A DNA stretch of 64,000 bases from Penicillus capitatus (Eukaryota > Plantae > Chlorophyta): contig OZ287699.1 of the NCBI GenBank assembly GCA_965649825.1, forward strand, positions 310,001 through 374,000, given 5' to 3'. The notes below the pieces were generated by a model. The model was not told the DNA's origin. It worked only from the letters and a program-made list of their open reading frames with translations, and made no database searches. Positions 46,675 to 59,100 of this stretch are shown here, piece after piece (within the stretch, counting starts at the first letter, position 1; each line of letters begins with the position of its first letter). The translations under genes were made by a program, and so were the position numbers.

Positions 46675-49462
46675 TCATGCAACTGATGGAGACAAGAGAT
46701 CTTTGAGAGCTTGACATGTTTCGCTGGGACAGCTGCTGCATTGCTGGCAAACAACGTCAACCGCAGTATGTCCATCCTTGTCTTGGATGGTTTTCGATGC
46801 TCCCTCAGACAGGAGGATCTGAAGCAAACCGTCGGAATCAGAAAGGTGAATATACTCTTACCTTCGCTGTGTCCAGTTTTCCATACATCGACGCAGAGAA
46901 CAATGCTGTCCTTTCGTTATACCCCTGCAGGTCAACACTAGCACCGGCTTCCAAGAGCGCCTGTATATGGATCCGTGATCCGGCGGACATCAGAAAGTAA
47001 TCTGAATGTTACCTTCAAGATCTCGACATGTTCCATTTGAGCTGCAACGGAAAGTAATGTGCTTCCAAAATTGTCGGCTACATCCGTGTCGGCACCGTAA
47101 TTCAAAAGAATCTGTGGCATAAATCGTGAAACGAACAAGCAATGATGTGTTTTAGATGCGACCTTTACGATATCGGGATACGGGCCAACCAGCGCACGAT
47201 AAAGCGCGGTGTATCCGTAAGAACTGGTGGCGTTCACGTTGGCATTGTTTTCTAAGAGGGCCTATTCAGCAACTTGTTAAGCATCTGACATCAGAACTGG
47301 AATTTGAGAATACCTTTACGACGTCAGTGTGGCCTTCATCTGCCGCAGTAATGAGTGGGGTATATTTGTTCATGTCTAAAACCTCCACGTTCGCATTGTG
47401 CTTCAGGAAAACCTATTGAGTGAACCGTGAGACACAGGAAAAGAACTGCTCTGGAAGTCACCTTCACGACATCGAGGTACCCGAATCTAGATGCAAAGTG
47501 GAGTGCCGCCATTCCTATTGAGTCGACGGCATCGGCGTCGCTGCCACCCTCCAACAACACCTGCGCAGAGAATCCATTCCTCATCGCTTCGCGGAGGACT
47601 TGATGCACTGCGTCTAACCAGACAACAGAAGAGAGCAGCCTTACCTCTGCGCATTTCGAAGAATTAAAGTGGGCGGCCCAGTGAAGAAGCCTTGAGCCCT
47701 CGGGAATGTCAAGCTCGCCGTCGCTTCTCTCTGTATTCGGATCTAATCCTGCTTGAATAAGAGCACTGGCCGTTTTCTTGTCGTCGATCTTGATAGCCTC
47801 GATCATCCTCTGAGGAAGTCGATGCATACATCAAAGGGCATCAGGAGTGAGAACGCGGCAGGCTCACATCGATCTGCTGTTCTTCGGCGAGGCTTTTGGA
47901 GTCGCTGATCAGCTGTGCATCTCCAGCCTCGCTCTTTGCCTCCGGGGCGGGAGATACGATTACTGGTTCGCCTCCTTCTTCTGGGGCGGGAGACACAGCC
48001 ACTGGTTCGCCTTCTGCTTCTGAGGTGGGAGATAAGGCTACGGCCTCGCTTTCTATTTGTACCGACTTCGGGGGCTCGCTTTCCTTTACGATCGACTTCG
48101 GGTACTCGCTTGTCCCTTCGCTGACCTGCATTGCATTACAGAATGATTCGCGAGATAGACATGAGAAGGATGAATGATCGAAGCAAACGGCTGTCGACTG
48201 AGGAAGTGAGGCATATTAGGTGGATGACGCCAGACAGCGATGGATCCTTTACCTGTGGAGGAGATGTCGGTTCGGGTTCCTGGCTAGCTGGTTGATGCTC
48301 TTTCTTCGGCTCGGCCTTCGGCACGAACATGCAGCGACTCGGTTTCGTTTTGCCTCCAATCGTTTTAATGATCCAGGTCCTGAAGAAGGAAACACTGGTG
48401 TACACAGCACAAGTCTTGCCCCCTGAATCGGAAGTGCTGAAGGACATGAAACCGACCAGCAGATCCTCGCTGGGATTTCCTTTCACCAGCTTACCATTTG
48501 GTCGATCGGCCAGCAAAATAGGACTTCCCTTTTCCCCTAAGAAGCGCAGGTGTCGAAGCCTGAACAGAAGAAGCGACCTTCAGCTTCACAGTACCTGTCC
48601 AGTTATCGGTTTCTCCGCCGTCGATGCACAGCCAGCTTCTCTTGGATACGATCTGGGGGTACTTCTGACAGGCGTCGTTGTTGCGGTTCTTGACCTCGCA
48701 GCTGCAGCAGCCACACTTGCGCGAAGATTTGCCCTCGGCGACCCAGCGAGACAGCGGAACGTCCATGGACGCATCTTCATACATCCACTCCCGGAAGAGC
48801 CGCGGAATGGGGTAGTTCGCGTTCCGGTCCAGCTTCAACATGGCGACGTTGGACCCGTAAGAAGCGTCGCCGAACCAATCCTCATGCAGGTAAGCATCGA
48901 CGACGTGGAAAACCTGCACGATCGGTCGGATCTTTGTGTGCGAGGTCGGATTAGGAGGAAACGGCTCACCTGCTCCTCGACCGGCGCGTTGGCGACAGGA
49001 CTACTGCAGTAGATGAGGGGGTAGCATCCAGCGGAATCGTCGCTGTTAGGGTCGACGCAGTGCGCCGTCGTCACGAGCCATTTACGGTGGACAAGGGTGG
49101 CCGTGCAGAGATGCTTTCGTGTTCCCGCCTTCCGGACGCTGCATACGTACGGGAACCTACTCTCGCCTGCGCGCTTGCCCTGAGGGCGACAGTGACGGTT
49201 CGTCGCGTTGGTCTCGAGACCTTGAGGGCACAGGGATGCGACGTTCTGTTCAGCGACGCGTGTCAACGGCGAGTTCAGGTCGCTATAGTCTGCAGCACGA
49301 CGATCATTTGCCGTCGGACGGGTTTTCGGTGTCGTCTATACCTGAGCTGCCGTGTGAAGGATTCGGTGCGAACAGCAACAGCGCCAGCCACAGCCTTGTC
49401 AGCAGTGACTCCACTTTTCCCGAAGGAGGCGGACGTCTGGTCGATGAAGAATGATCGGACAT
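46675..49462 (-). CDS. Signal peptide + inactive trypsin-like domain + P/E linker + ankyrin repeats + Cys tail (single spliced gene, inferred)
   Basis: TTAHC retained, SNVAML for DIALL, GEKGSP for GDSGGP. Phase-consistent introns 49341-49290, 48594-48537, 48252-48126 and 47867-47810 join it to the ANK exons. Ends VCQQCSSC...SVA-TGA at 46677-46675. Confidence 0.75.
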
Positions 49463-50617
49463 GGCTCGCCACGTGAAAATGAACTTCTGAGAAAACCGCG
49501 AATATGTGGACCCTGCGCCTTCTCCTAATTCTAGATTGTCTTCATTTGATCGATCCAGTACTGCCACCCTAGACATACCAGAGGGCTCCGTCTTAGTTTC
49601 TAAACTCTTCATCGACGCCTGTCCGTGTCACTCAGGCACTCTCATTCGACGCAAGGAAGAAATGACCTGCTCTGTACTACAGAAAGGTCTGGCTGCTGAC
49701 AATATGTTTCTGCCTTTCATCTGAGGTGTGCGGTGCCGCCGACGGACGTCTGACGAGATACTGATCGGAGAGAGATTTCGTTTCGGCCGCTTCGTCACTC
49801 TACGTGCTTCATCTCTGTTCGAATGCTCGATCGAGAAGTGTTCGTTAAATCGAAGGGGACAATCTCGCCGCAGTCTGAAGGCAGATAGATGTACCAGTAA
49901 TTCACTGACAGCACGTGAGGCAAGGAGTTTGTAGAGAGTATTGATTGATCTTCCAGACGGTAACACTGTACACTCTCCGTGGCGCGTCCGGAGCAAAGGG
50001 ATCCATCCGCAATGGTACACAGATGTACATCTGACAGATCTACTGTCTTGCTTTGCGGTGGCGGCCTGAGTGTCGACGAGACGTATCCGCATCGCCCTCG
50101 CTGCCACGACCAAACGCCGATCCTTTTCAGCCAGCGTCGTAACTTCTTCACGTCACCGTCTTCCAAACAGCTGAATGGAGAGGAAACACAAGCATCACCT
50201 TTTTCAGCAGAAGTCCGCCCTAAACTCAGCAGAGGGCAGTTAGTTCTTACTTCCGCGGATACTCTGGTACGGCGGAGTTGATCACTTTGTCTGAGCCATC
50301 CATCGTTACTGGACCCTTGATCTGCAAATCCAGAATTCATAACTTCACACATGCATCCGCATTTCCAATTCCTTGAAAAGATGATAGAGAGAAAGTAGAT
50401 CCACTCATGATACGGATAGCATGTTCAGACGACCAGCAAGGAGAATGTATGGGCGTCGAGTGAAGTTCGCGGGATGCACATGTCGTCTGTTGGCTGACTA
50501 TGTCGCGGATAAACGAACGGCACCCGACGCCGAGGAGCCTATGTCTCGTTCATCGCTCCTCAGCGACCTGAAATCTCGGCAGCCCTAGGCAGAAGATCAC
50601 CATGCGCAAACACATCG

Positions 50618-50663
50618 CTGCCATTCATGAGAGACATCTGCTGCCATTCATGAGAGACATCTG
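50618..50663. repeat. Perfect 23-bp tandem duplication
   Basis: CTGCCATTCATGAGAGACATCTG x2. Confidence 0.9.
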
Positions 50664-51751
50664 CTGTCACATCATCACGTTCTGTGCCGTCGTGACGGTT
50701 TGGTAGCGCCTTTACGCAACAGAAACTGAAAGTACTACAAGCGAAATTGAATGTACACAGAGCGCATTTTCGTTCGAGCGTCGCCAGAGCGTTTGTTCGT
50801 CGACAACAGGGTACACAGAACACTGCGGTCGGAAATTTGTGAGAGTCCCTTGGCTCTTTTGTCGACGCCTGACTTCGATACGACTACTCCTCTATGGCAT
50901 CGACCCCAACAACAGACGCAACCTGCGGCAATCGGTAGAGAACGTTCATTCTTTTAACGCGACGGGCCCGTACTTCATATTACCAGGAAGCGATTATCGA
51001 GGACGTAAGGTCGGAGTGGGTAGGATCCTCTTTCGAGTCCTCACCTGAATAGCTTTTGAATCCTCCACCTAGAGATGTCAGCACACCTTGTCTGTCTCTG
51101 CATTCTTTCTTTCCATTGACTGCAGTTCTGTGATGATTGCCTCGGAAAAAAGGTCTCGATCCAACATGGTTAAAGCTTGAGATCTTAAGCGCGAACTTTA
51201 GAAGAACTGGTGATCAGGAAAAGGCAAAAAGGACACAACGACAATGTCTGGTTTTAAAACGCGTGTAACGATAATGACATGGTTCTGGGACATACGCCTG
51301 TGATGTTTGGATTTCGCGATGAACGCGAACTCGCTGTCGCATCGACTCGAGGACCTAGTTTCTTACTCGAGTCTGTCGAATAGACGTCTTGCCTGACATG
51401 AAGGACAGAGCTGATCAGATGGGATCTCTCACATAGGAACTCCTCGTCAAAACGACTGTAATATGCTTATCATGAGTGTCTCTACGCAATCAAGAATGCG
51501 AACTTTAAAGAGAGGGTAAACAATCAATGCAATAATAGCATGTCAGTAAGAATGCATGATGGAATTCACAGTGACATTGCCGAATAGGCATCGACGTCTT
51601 CAGTGCTGTTTCTTACAACAATCAACACGTGTTTGTTTGTGCGAATCAAAAACCCGCGTATACAGAAAGACAGCGGGCAAACGGAGAGACTCGGGTCATT
51701 CCACCACAAAGTCTCACAAATCTATTTGATGCTGGAACGAAGGAACACTTC

Positions 51752-53100
51752 TCAATAGAGTGGCTCGTACTCCCCGAAATCGCAATGCGCTTCTGGATGA
51801 GACATTTGCGGATAGGCTTTTGCTTGCTCAGGTTTCCTGTTGTTCTTCATGGTTTGGTCACCGATCAGGATGTAAATGGTAAAGGTGAGCCATCCGTCTA
51901 CGTTGAATCCAAACGCAGGATCATGGAGTTCTTTTATCTTGACGAAATTCGTCCAGCACCAGTTGCTGGATCCCGCAGCAAACGTATGCTTCAGCTCTTT
52001 AACATCATGTACTCTGTTTGAAAAATGCAGAGCGAGAAGCAACATGCCTTGTGATTTGTTGTTTCTGCCTTCATGATGGTTGACCAAAGTGAATCGCAAC
52101 TTGGCGTGGATCGCGCGTTCGGACTTGGAAATCACATAGGCGCTGTATTTGTCTTCTTCACTCGAAAGTTTCTTCTGCTCAGGGAATAGTTTTAAAGACC
52201 TACACAGATTGCAGCACCGTTCTCCGACTGTCTATTTCTTGCGTTGAAGTGAGCGTACAATTCAGCATCTGGTATCAAAGCTGTGTTGGAAATCAGTGTG
52301 ACATTGGCCATCTCATCCAGATGACGCAGTTGCCACTACAGAAAACCTCTCGGCTGGATCACTGACAACGTACAGCGTGACCGTCATGACAAGCGGTTTC
52401 CCTTGTTGAGTGGCGATAAGAGTTTCATTCTCTTCGCGAATGATTCCGATCGTCACCACAATAGAGAAGCAACCTTCGTGAATAAAGCCGACGTCTGGAA
52501 TGACGACATTGGATGTCGGCACAAGGTTACTGCGACCCCATACCGATCCTGCATCGAACAATTTGCGCTTACCTAGCAAGCCATACGCTTAAGGACAGTA
52601 CAAAACCATAATAAGAACGACTGAAGACTTTGCTATTCGACGGATTCGAATGGTTCATGAGCTCAAGGGTGAAGCAAACGTCGACGCTTTCTTTATTGCT
52701 CGACTTCAAATGCATGCCAACATGACCGTCGGCGCTGTCAACTTTGAGCTGTCTAGTCGACAAGCATTCCGAGGTTGAAGGAGAGCTGTGGAGAAAGCGA
52801 GTTCACCATTGACTTCCGGCGATGGTGAATGGCTCCGTCAGGACGTTGTCAACACCAGAATCTATGAAGTATCTGTGGACGCGGCACTTTGGCCGAGAAT
52901 GTCGTAAGGATGCTCTCCGACTCTTCTGTAGCTCACTTTGTATTGACCAGAGAGGCGGTTGGTTTGCAGATCGAAAGAGTAGTTCACGCCATTGTTCGAG
53001 CCGCTTCCGCCTAGAAATCCCAAACACTGTAGAGCGCTTCGTTCACCAGTCAGATCACATTTGTCAATTTCGTCTCGTCCATTCAAGCCGACAAATCGAA
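51752..53100 (-). CDS. Tandem MATH/TRAF protein lacking RING (5' end approximate)
   Basis: GSNNGVNYSF...|CRVHRYFIDSGVDNVLTEPFTIAGSQW, WGRSNLV...GFIHEGCFSIVVTI and NWCWTNFVKIKELHDPAFGFNVDGWLTFTIYI. Shares the pre-CRVHRY intron position with 33864-35318. Confidence 0.8.
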
Positions 53101-53505
53101 GGACTGCGATTTCAGAGAAAGCGCCTAAACAGAGGAGAACGCAGATGCTGACGTTGACCTGATGAAAAATGATGGGACGTGATCGAGGACGTGAGAATGG
53201 AAGACGCAAACTGAGAGCTTTCGACAAATCGACGAGGAGGGTTGAACACATCAATTCTGGGTTTGGGAGACCGTCTGTCGTCAGACTAACAGAGAGGAGT
53301 TCCAGTACGATCACAGTGGTCACTTCATTAGGCGCGGGCAATTCATAAACGCGTGTGTGAGCTCCCTTTGTAGGTTAAACACAGCAGTCTATCTCATTGA
53401 TGTCTTGGAGCACATCGTCTCATCTGTCGTACGAAGCGTCACGTGAGGCGACGTCAGCGAGGTTGAGTCAGAACGACTTTGGTATTTACCTGTTTTGAAC
53501 CCTTC

Positions 53506-54590
53506 ATGTTTGGCAGCTGTTTCGGCAGAGCGCCGATTGTTTTCGCTTCAAGTTATCCGCCGGGACAGTCTAATGCGGGCCAAAATCCCAACAGCGACTA
53601 CGAAGACCGGAGGTCTGTGCGGATAGGAGAATACGACGCCGCACCCAACGGACTGTTCGGCGGCCTCCTCGGGGCTCGAATTGGGTCTAGGCAAAACGGA
53701 TGCAGACCTACAGCGAACTCGACGTTCCTTCTACAGCACCTGTAGTCGGAACGGTAGCGACGTTTCCTTCGACGGAAGAGACGGACAGGTGTGACCTGCA
53801 GAAATCGTCGTGCAGCACTTGAAGCCTTGTCGCGCAGATCAAGCTCTGGGACCTGGCATCGAATCAGGTGCAGCAAGTGGTCCAGCGCGAACAGGGAGTC
53901 AGAGTGTGCGTTTATCAACAAGCGCAACTACCTGCTGACGGGGTCCTGGACCAAACGTCTTTCTATTGGGATTACCGTTCGTCCAGTCCCGTCTACTGCT
54001 GTACGCTCTTCGATCGCAGCAGATCGATGGACGTTCGGGGACAGTTGTTGGTTGTCGACGCAGCCTAGCTTACATACAGGTTCGCGATCGAACGAATTCT
54101 GCTGATGGTCGAATGCCATCACTCTGTGTGTCTTAGATCTGCGACCTGCGAAATCCTCGGACACTACAGATGCCATCAGAGTGTATTCAACTTACATACG
54201 GCGCCTTCATTGCTTGCGGTGAGTGACCCAGCAGCAGAAGGACAGCTGTTGTCTGCTTCGCATGATGACAAGATAGCTTCACGATCTCACCTGATGACCA
54301 AATCTTGCAATTCTGATGGAAACATTCTGGTTGTGACGGAAGGGATTCGAGACCGAATGGATGATGAGATCTGTGGCACTGTAGGTTCCGACGATGTGCT
54401 GTGCTTTTTGGATACCGAGCACAGGCGCCGATGGAAGGCCATGCGGCGTTGCAATGACTCCATCTCCTGTGAAGCTTTCAGCAGAGATGGATCTCTTGCT
54501 GCCTATGCCGTGAGATACGATTGGCGTTTTGGCGTGGAAGGCCTCAATCCTGACACCGTGCGCAGTCACATCTTTCTCCGCCAAGTGTAA
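53506..54590 (+). pseudogene. RAE1/Gle2-like WD40 gene, probably pseudogenised
   Basis: QNPNSDYE N-terminus; LLTGSW/DQTSFYWDYR split by a frameshift near 53949; TAG 54066-54068; RAE1-like C-terminus TVGSDDVLCFLD...AYAVRYDWRFG. Confidence 0.7.
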
Positions 54591-56128
54591 GAAGATGAAG
54601 TCCGGCCTGGACCCGATGTTTCTTCCCAGAGAAAGAAATAGCACGAGGAACTGGACGCATGCATAAAAAAGTGAAAGGGACAGAATCTGGTGTGGTGTCA
54701 ATCAAAGAGTTCAATCTCTTTATCAATGGACTGACGTCGTAAGGAGGAACTTCTGTCGTCTGTGGATCCAATGCCATGCGAATCTGTCCTCGAGGACACA
54801 TCATTCGCATCGGATTGATCGCACCGATCACACCATTCTTCGAATTGATGGAGAGGGAGAGCATTTCCGAAACGCCCGTAACCGCTCGTTAGAACTGGAT
54901 CTCCTCACAAAGGCCCGTTTCCTTGTGCTTTGAGAGAATAGATATCTCTTGGCAACCCATACATCCATCAGACGATCTCAAGGAGTGAAGCTGGATATGC
55001 TGGTTCGATTCATGAAGGCATTTGAACATCTGTTCCGTTGTGCAATCGCCAAGACACGCTGGTATCGTCACTCCTCTGGCAGCTTCCTGCAAAGTCTTGA
55101 CAAAACTAAGGATTTGATGACACCTGAGTTTGCTCATGGTCAGGTGCTGCGATTCAACACTGTTGAGTGATGGATGTATCGACAATGAGAGTGAGCCATT
55201 TACCGCAGGGAATCTATACTCGGACAGCCAAAGAGTGGAACACCGACGATGAGGTATGCTTGCTGAATCTCGTCTCTATTCCGCTTACGGCCATACTTTG
55301 GTCCAATCGGTTAACGGCGAGATCAAAGTGTTTTAAGTCATGACGTTCGTTTTGGGACGTAAATGGTAAACGAGAGTGTGTCAGCAAAATATGGCGTGAT
55401 GGAACATCTGCCTGCCGTATTTCAAGGCCGTCGTTCGTCGTTTCGTATCTTCACCGGCGTCGTACTCGGCCCATTTCATCAAGCAGATTTCCACTTCTGC
55501 GATCCATCTGATCTCCACTTGCCTGACGTAATTTGTTTATCCATGCATCGAGTTCGCAAAACTACCCGCGACGCATTTAACGCGGTAAAAAACCTGTTCT
55601 GAAAAACGCTCGTGTGAGTTGCCGTTCGCAGAACCAAGTTTGGAGCAACGACCAGTCGCTGGACCGCGAAGAAATGGCCGACGGTTCTCTCTCCGACCCG
55701 GAGCGTTCTGAAAGACAAAACGGAAAGAAAAGCGTACGTGGATTTGATGATAAAGTAAGCGTATCGAACACATCCGTGAATGCTGACACGGGCGCGCATT
55801 CTCTAGTGTGTCCCTTTAACGGAGGCCGAAGAAGGCACATTCACCAAAGAAGGTCTGAAGAAGTCGTTCGGAGACAAGGCTCGGATGCCTCGCCAAATCG
55901 AAACCCTCGGAAGGAGAAACGTGGCTGGCGGCGAGGCGCGCAATGGCGCGCTCCGACGAGGAAAGGTTAGTAAGAGCCGTGCGTTGTTTAGAAAATCCGA
56001 GTCCTGCGTCTTTCATCAGGGGAGCCGACACAAAGACAGCACATCGAGTCCGAGACTCAACGTTTATCAGGCTTCGAAGGTGATAAGCCCCTTTCCGATG
56101 ACTTGTATCGCAACAACGTGTTCGACAG

Positions 56129-59100
56129 ATGTGGGACCCTGTGAGCGTCGTCAACACGTTTCCCTCGCACACTTCTCTTCCTCGATGCCGCGAAAAGGGC
56201 TCTTCGGTTCTCTTCTCCAGAGAATTCGACGGCGGACAAGCTCCGCGCATCGAAGCACGCACGACAAGGGGCACTGCTGCCAAAAACACGCCCCCGGCCA
56301 GCTCGACTTGGCCGCCTCTCCCTCAGACTGAACGTCACAGCTCCCGAGGTTCGACACTCGCTCGCGCAGAGGTGCGGTGTTCTTTGTCCCGCTCCGGCTT
56401 GCAGCTCTCCTCACAGGGAAACCCAAAGGAGATCTGCGAGGTCGAGCTAGAGGGATACGGTCTCGTGCAGATCCTTCAGGTCCGAGGGAGGTTTGCAGGG
56501 AGGATTGTCGAGCGAGCGGGACCGTTCTCGAGGAGGATTACCGTTCCACTCGTCTTCAAGGGTTTCTCCGATCCGGAAGAAGCGACGCGAGGATTGGCTC
56601 GCCTGCCGCCGAGTGCCGTCTGCCGTCGCGTTCACGTCCTTTCCGACAGAGAGAATGGCGTGGGGACGTTCATCTACGTGGGAGATCTAGGACTTCTCGG
56701 AGGCGGGGACAGAGAGCCCCCGGCCGGAGGCGGCGCGCTCGGACGCCAAACTGCCGCCAGCTCCCGGCCAGAGAAGAAGCACACTCTGATCTCGCCCGAC
56801 ATCTTTCGCCACTATGCCGGGAGGAAGGAAGAATTCAGCCAACTCTTTGAGGCGTTTACGTCGAGCGGCGAGTCGGTCGTCGTCAAGGCAATCGCAGGCC
56901 CCGCCGGCATAGGAAAGACGCAGCTCGCAATAAAGGTGTTCGAGTGGCTCAAGATGAAGGGCAGCTACGACCACACATTCTGGATCCCCTCGGACTCGAA
57001 GGAGAACCTTTCCGCCGCCTTCCTGAACATCGCCGAATACCTGGAGATCTCCACAGACGACGAGATCCCGGTGCTCGTCAGCCGCGTTCACCAGGAGCTC
57101 GGAGAGTCGCGATGCCTATACGTCTTCGACGACGCCTTTGACCTCGAACTGATCCGCGAGTACCTTCCACCGGAGGTCGGGCATGCGATTGTCACGACGC
57201 GAAACGCTGGAGCAGGGAGCTGGGAGGCCGACACGGTGGAGCTCGGGCCGTTCGACGAGTGCGATGCGTGGTTCCTCGCGCACAGCTTCGGATACACCCG
57301 GTCGCCGCACTCGGAGGGTCTGGACGATTTGATCGAGTTGCTGCCTCCCTACCCGCTCACTCTGGCGCAGTTCTTCTCGATGATGAAGTACGAGGGCGTG
57401 GCGAGCCCCGCCGAGTGGCTGCATCAGGTGGAACGGTATGCCCCTTCGAGATACGAAGCCGGGGTCATAGAGATGCTCTCCGAAGAGCACGACGTCAGAG
57501 GAGCCAGCGCGATGGTCTACCTGTTTCGCTCGAACGTGCTGAGCATTCTGAGGGAACCCGACGACCTTGGAACGCACTGTCTCGACACACTCATCAGGCT
57601 GGCGCTGCTCGACCCGAATGGAGTGCCCATCAAGTGGGTGTGCGAATGGCACGGACAAGGAGATCGGCAATCCGAAGCAGAAGCGCAGGCATCCGTAAAG
57701 CTTCTCGAGCACTACTCGTATGTCTCGTGGAACGAGAAGAACAATCAAATCTACATTCACGCCGATACACAGCTCCTAGCGAGACACCTGCTCTTACACA
57801 GCAACGAAGCAATTCCCGAATGGAGAGAGAAGCTCGCGAAAAAGGCCGAAGACAGAGCCAGAGATCACATCAAGACCATCGTCCACTCAATAAGCAAATA
57901 CACCAGCGGCTGGAGAACGGATCGTTCGAACCGAGAATCGTGGACGTCGCTCGCGCGGAACGAGGTCTCGCTCCTCAAACACTGCGAAGAGAGCGACGAC
58001 ATTGGCGTGGAGTTGAAGCTAGTCGAAAACATTGCATGGGCTTACTATAAGTTGTGCATGTTTCGCGAGTGGCTCTCCCACGGTCAAAGAGCGCTCGACG
58101 TGTGCGAGCGCCTCCACGGCGATTCGGACCATCCGGACCTCGTCCGATGCATCCAGAACTACTCCGCCGGACTCTCGCAAGCGGGAAGAGACGGCGAAGC
58201 ACTGCCGTTCCTCAAGAGAGCCCTCGACATGTACGAGCGCCTCAACGGCGACGCGGACCATCCGGACCTCGTCCGATGCATCCGGAGCTACGCCGCCGGA
58301 CTCTCGCGAGCGGGAAGAGACACCGAAGCACTGCCGTTCGACAAGAGAGCCCTCGAGATGTGCGAGCGCCTCAACGGCGACGCGGACCATCCGGACCTCG
58401 TCCGATGCATCCGGAACTACGCCGTCGGACTCGAACGAGTGGGAAGAGACACCGAAGCACTGCCGTTCCGCAAGAGAGCGCTCGACATGTGCGAGCGCCT
58501 CAACGGCGACGCGGACCATCCGGACCTCGTCCAATGCATCCAGAGCTACGCCGTCGGACTCGAGCAAGTCGGAAGAGACACCGAAGCACTGCCGTTCTAC
58601 AAGAGAGCGCTCGACATGTGCGAGCGCCTCAACGGCGACGCTGACCATCCGGACCTCGTCCTATGCATCCGGAACTACGCCGCCGGACTCTCGCCAGCGG
58701 GAAGAGACAGCGAAGCACTGCCGTTCCTCAAGAGAGCGCTCGACATGTGCGAGCGCCTCAACGGCGACGCGGACCATCCGGACCTCGTCCGATGCATCCA
58801 GAGCTACGTCGTCGGACTCTCGCAAGCGGGAAGAGACGGCGAAGCACTGCCGTTCCTCAAGAGAGCGCTCGACATGTGCGAGCGCCTCAACGGCGACGCT
58901 GACCATCCGGACCTCGTCCTATGCATCCGGAACTACGCCGCCGGACTCGAGCAAGTCGGAAGGAACAGCGAAGCACTGCCGCTCTACAAGAGAGCGCTCG
59001 ACATGTGCGAGCGCCTCAAAGGCGACGCGGACCATCCGGACCTCGTCCGATGCATCCGGAACTACGCCGTCGGACTCGAGCAAGTCGGAAGAAACAGCGA

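Noticed and set aside
54544-55185. Minus-strand ORFs with AAA+-like snippets (IGAINP, SDGCM)
   Set aside because: No Walker motifs; resemblance too weak.
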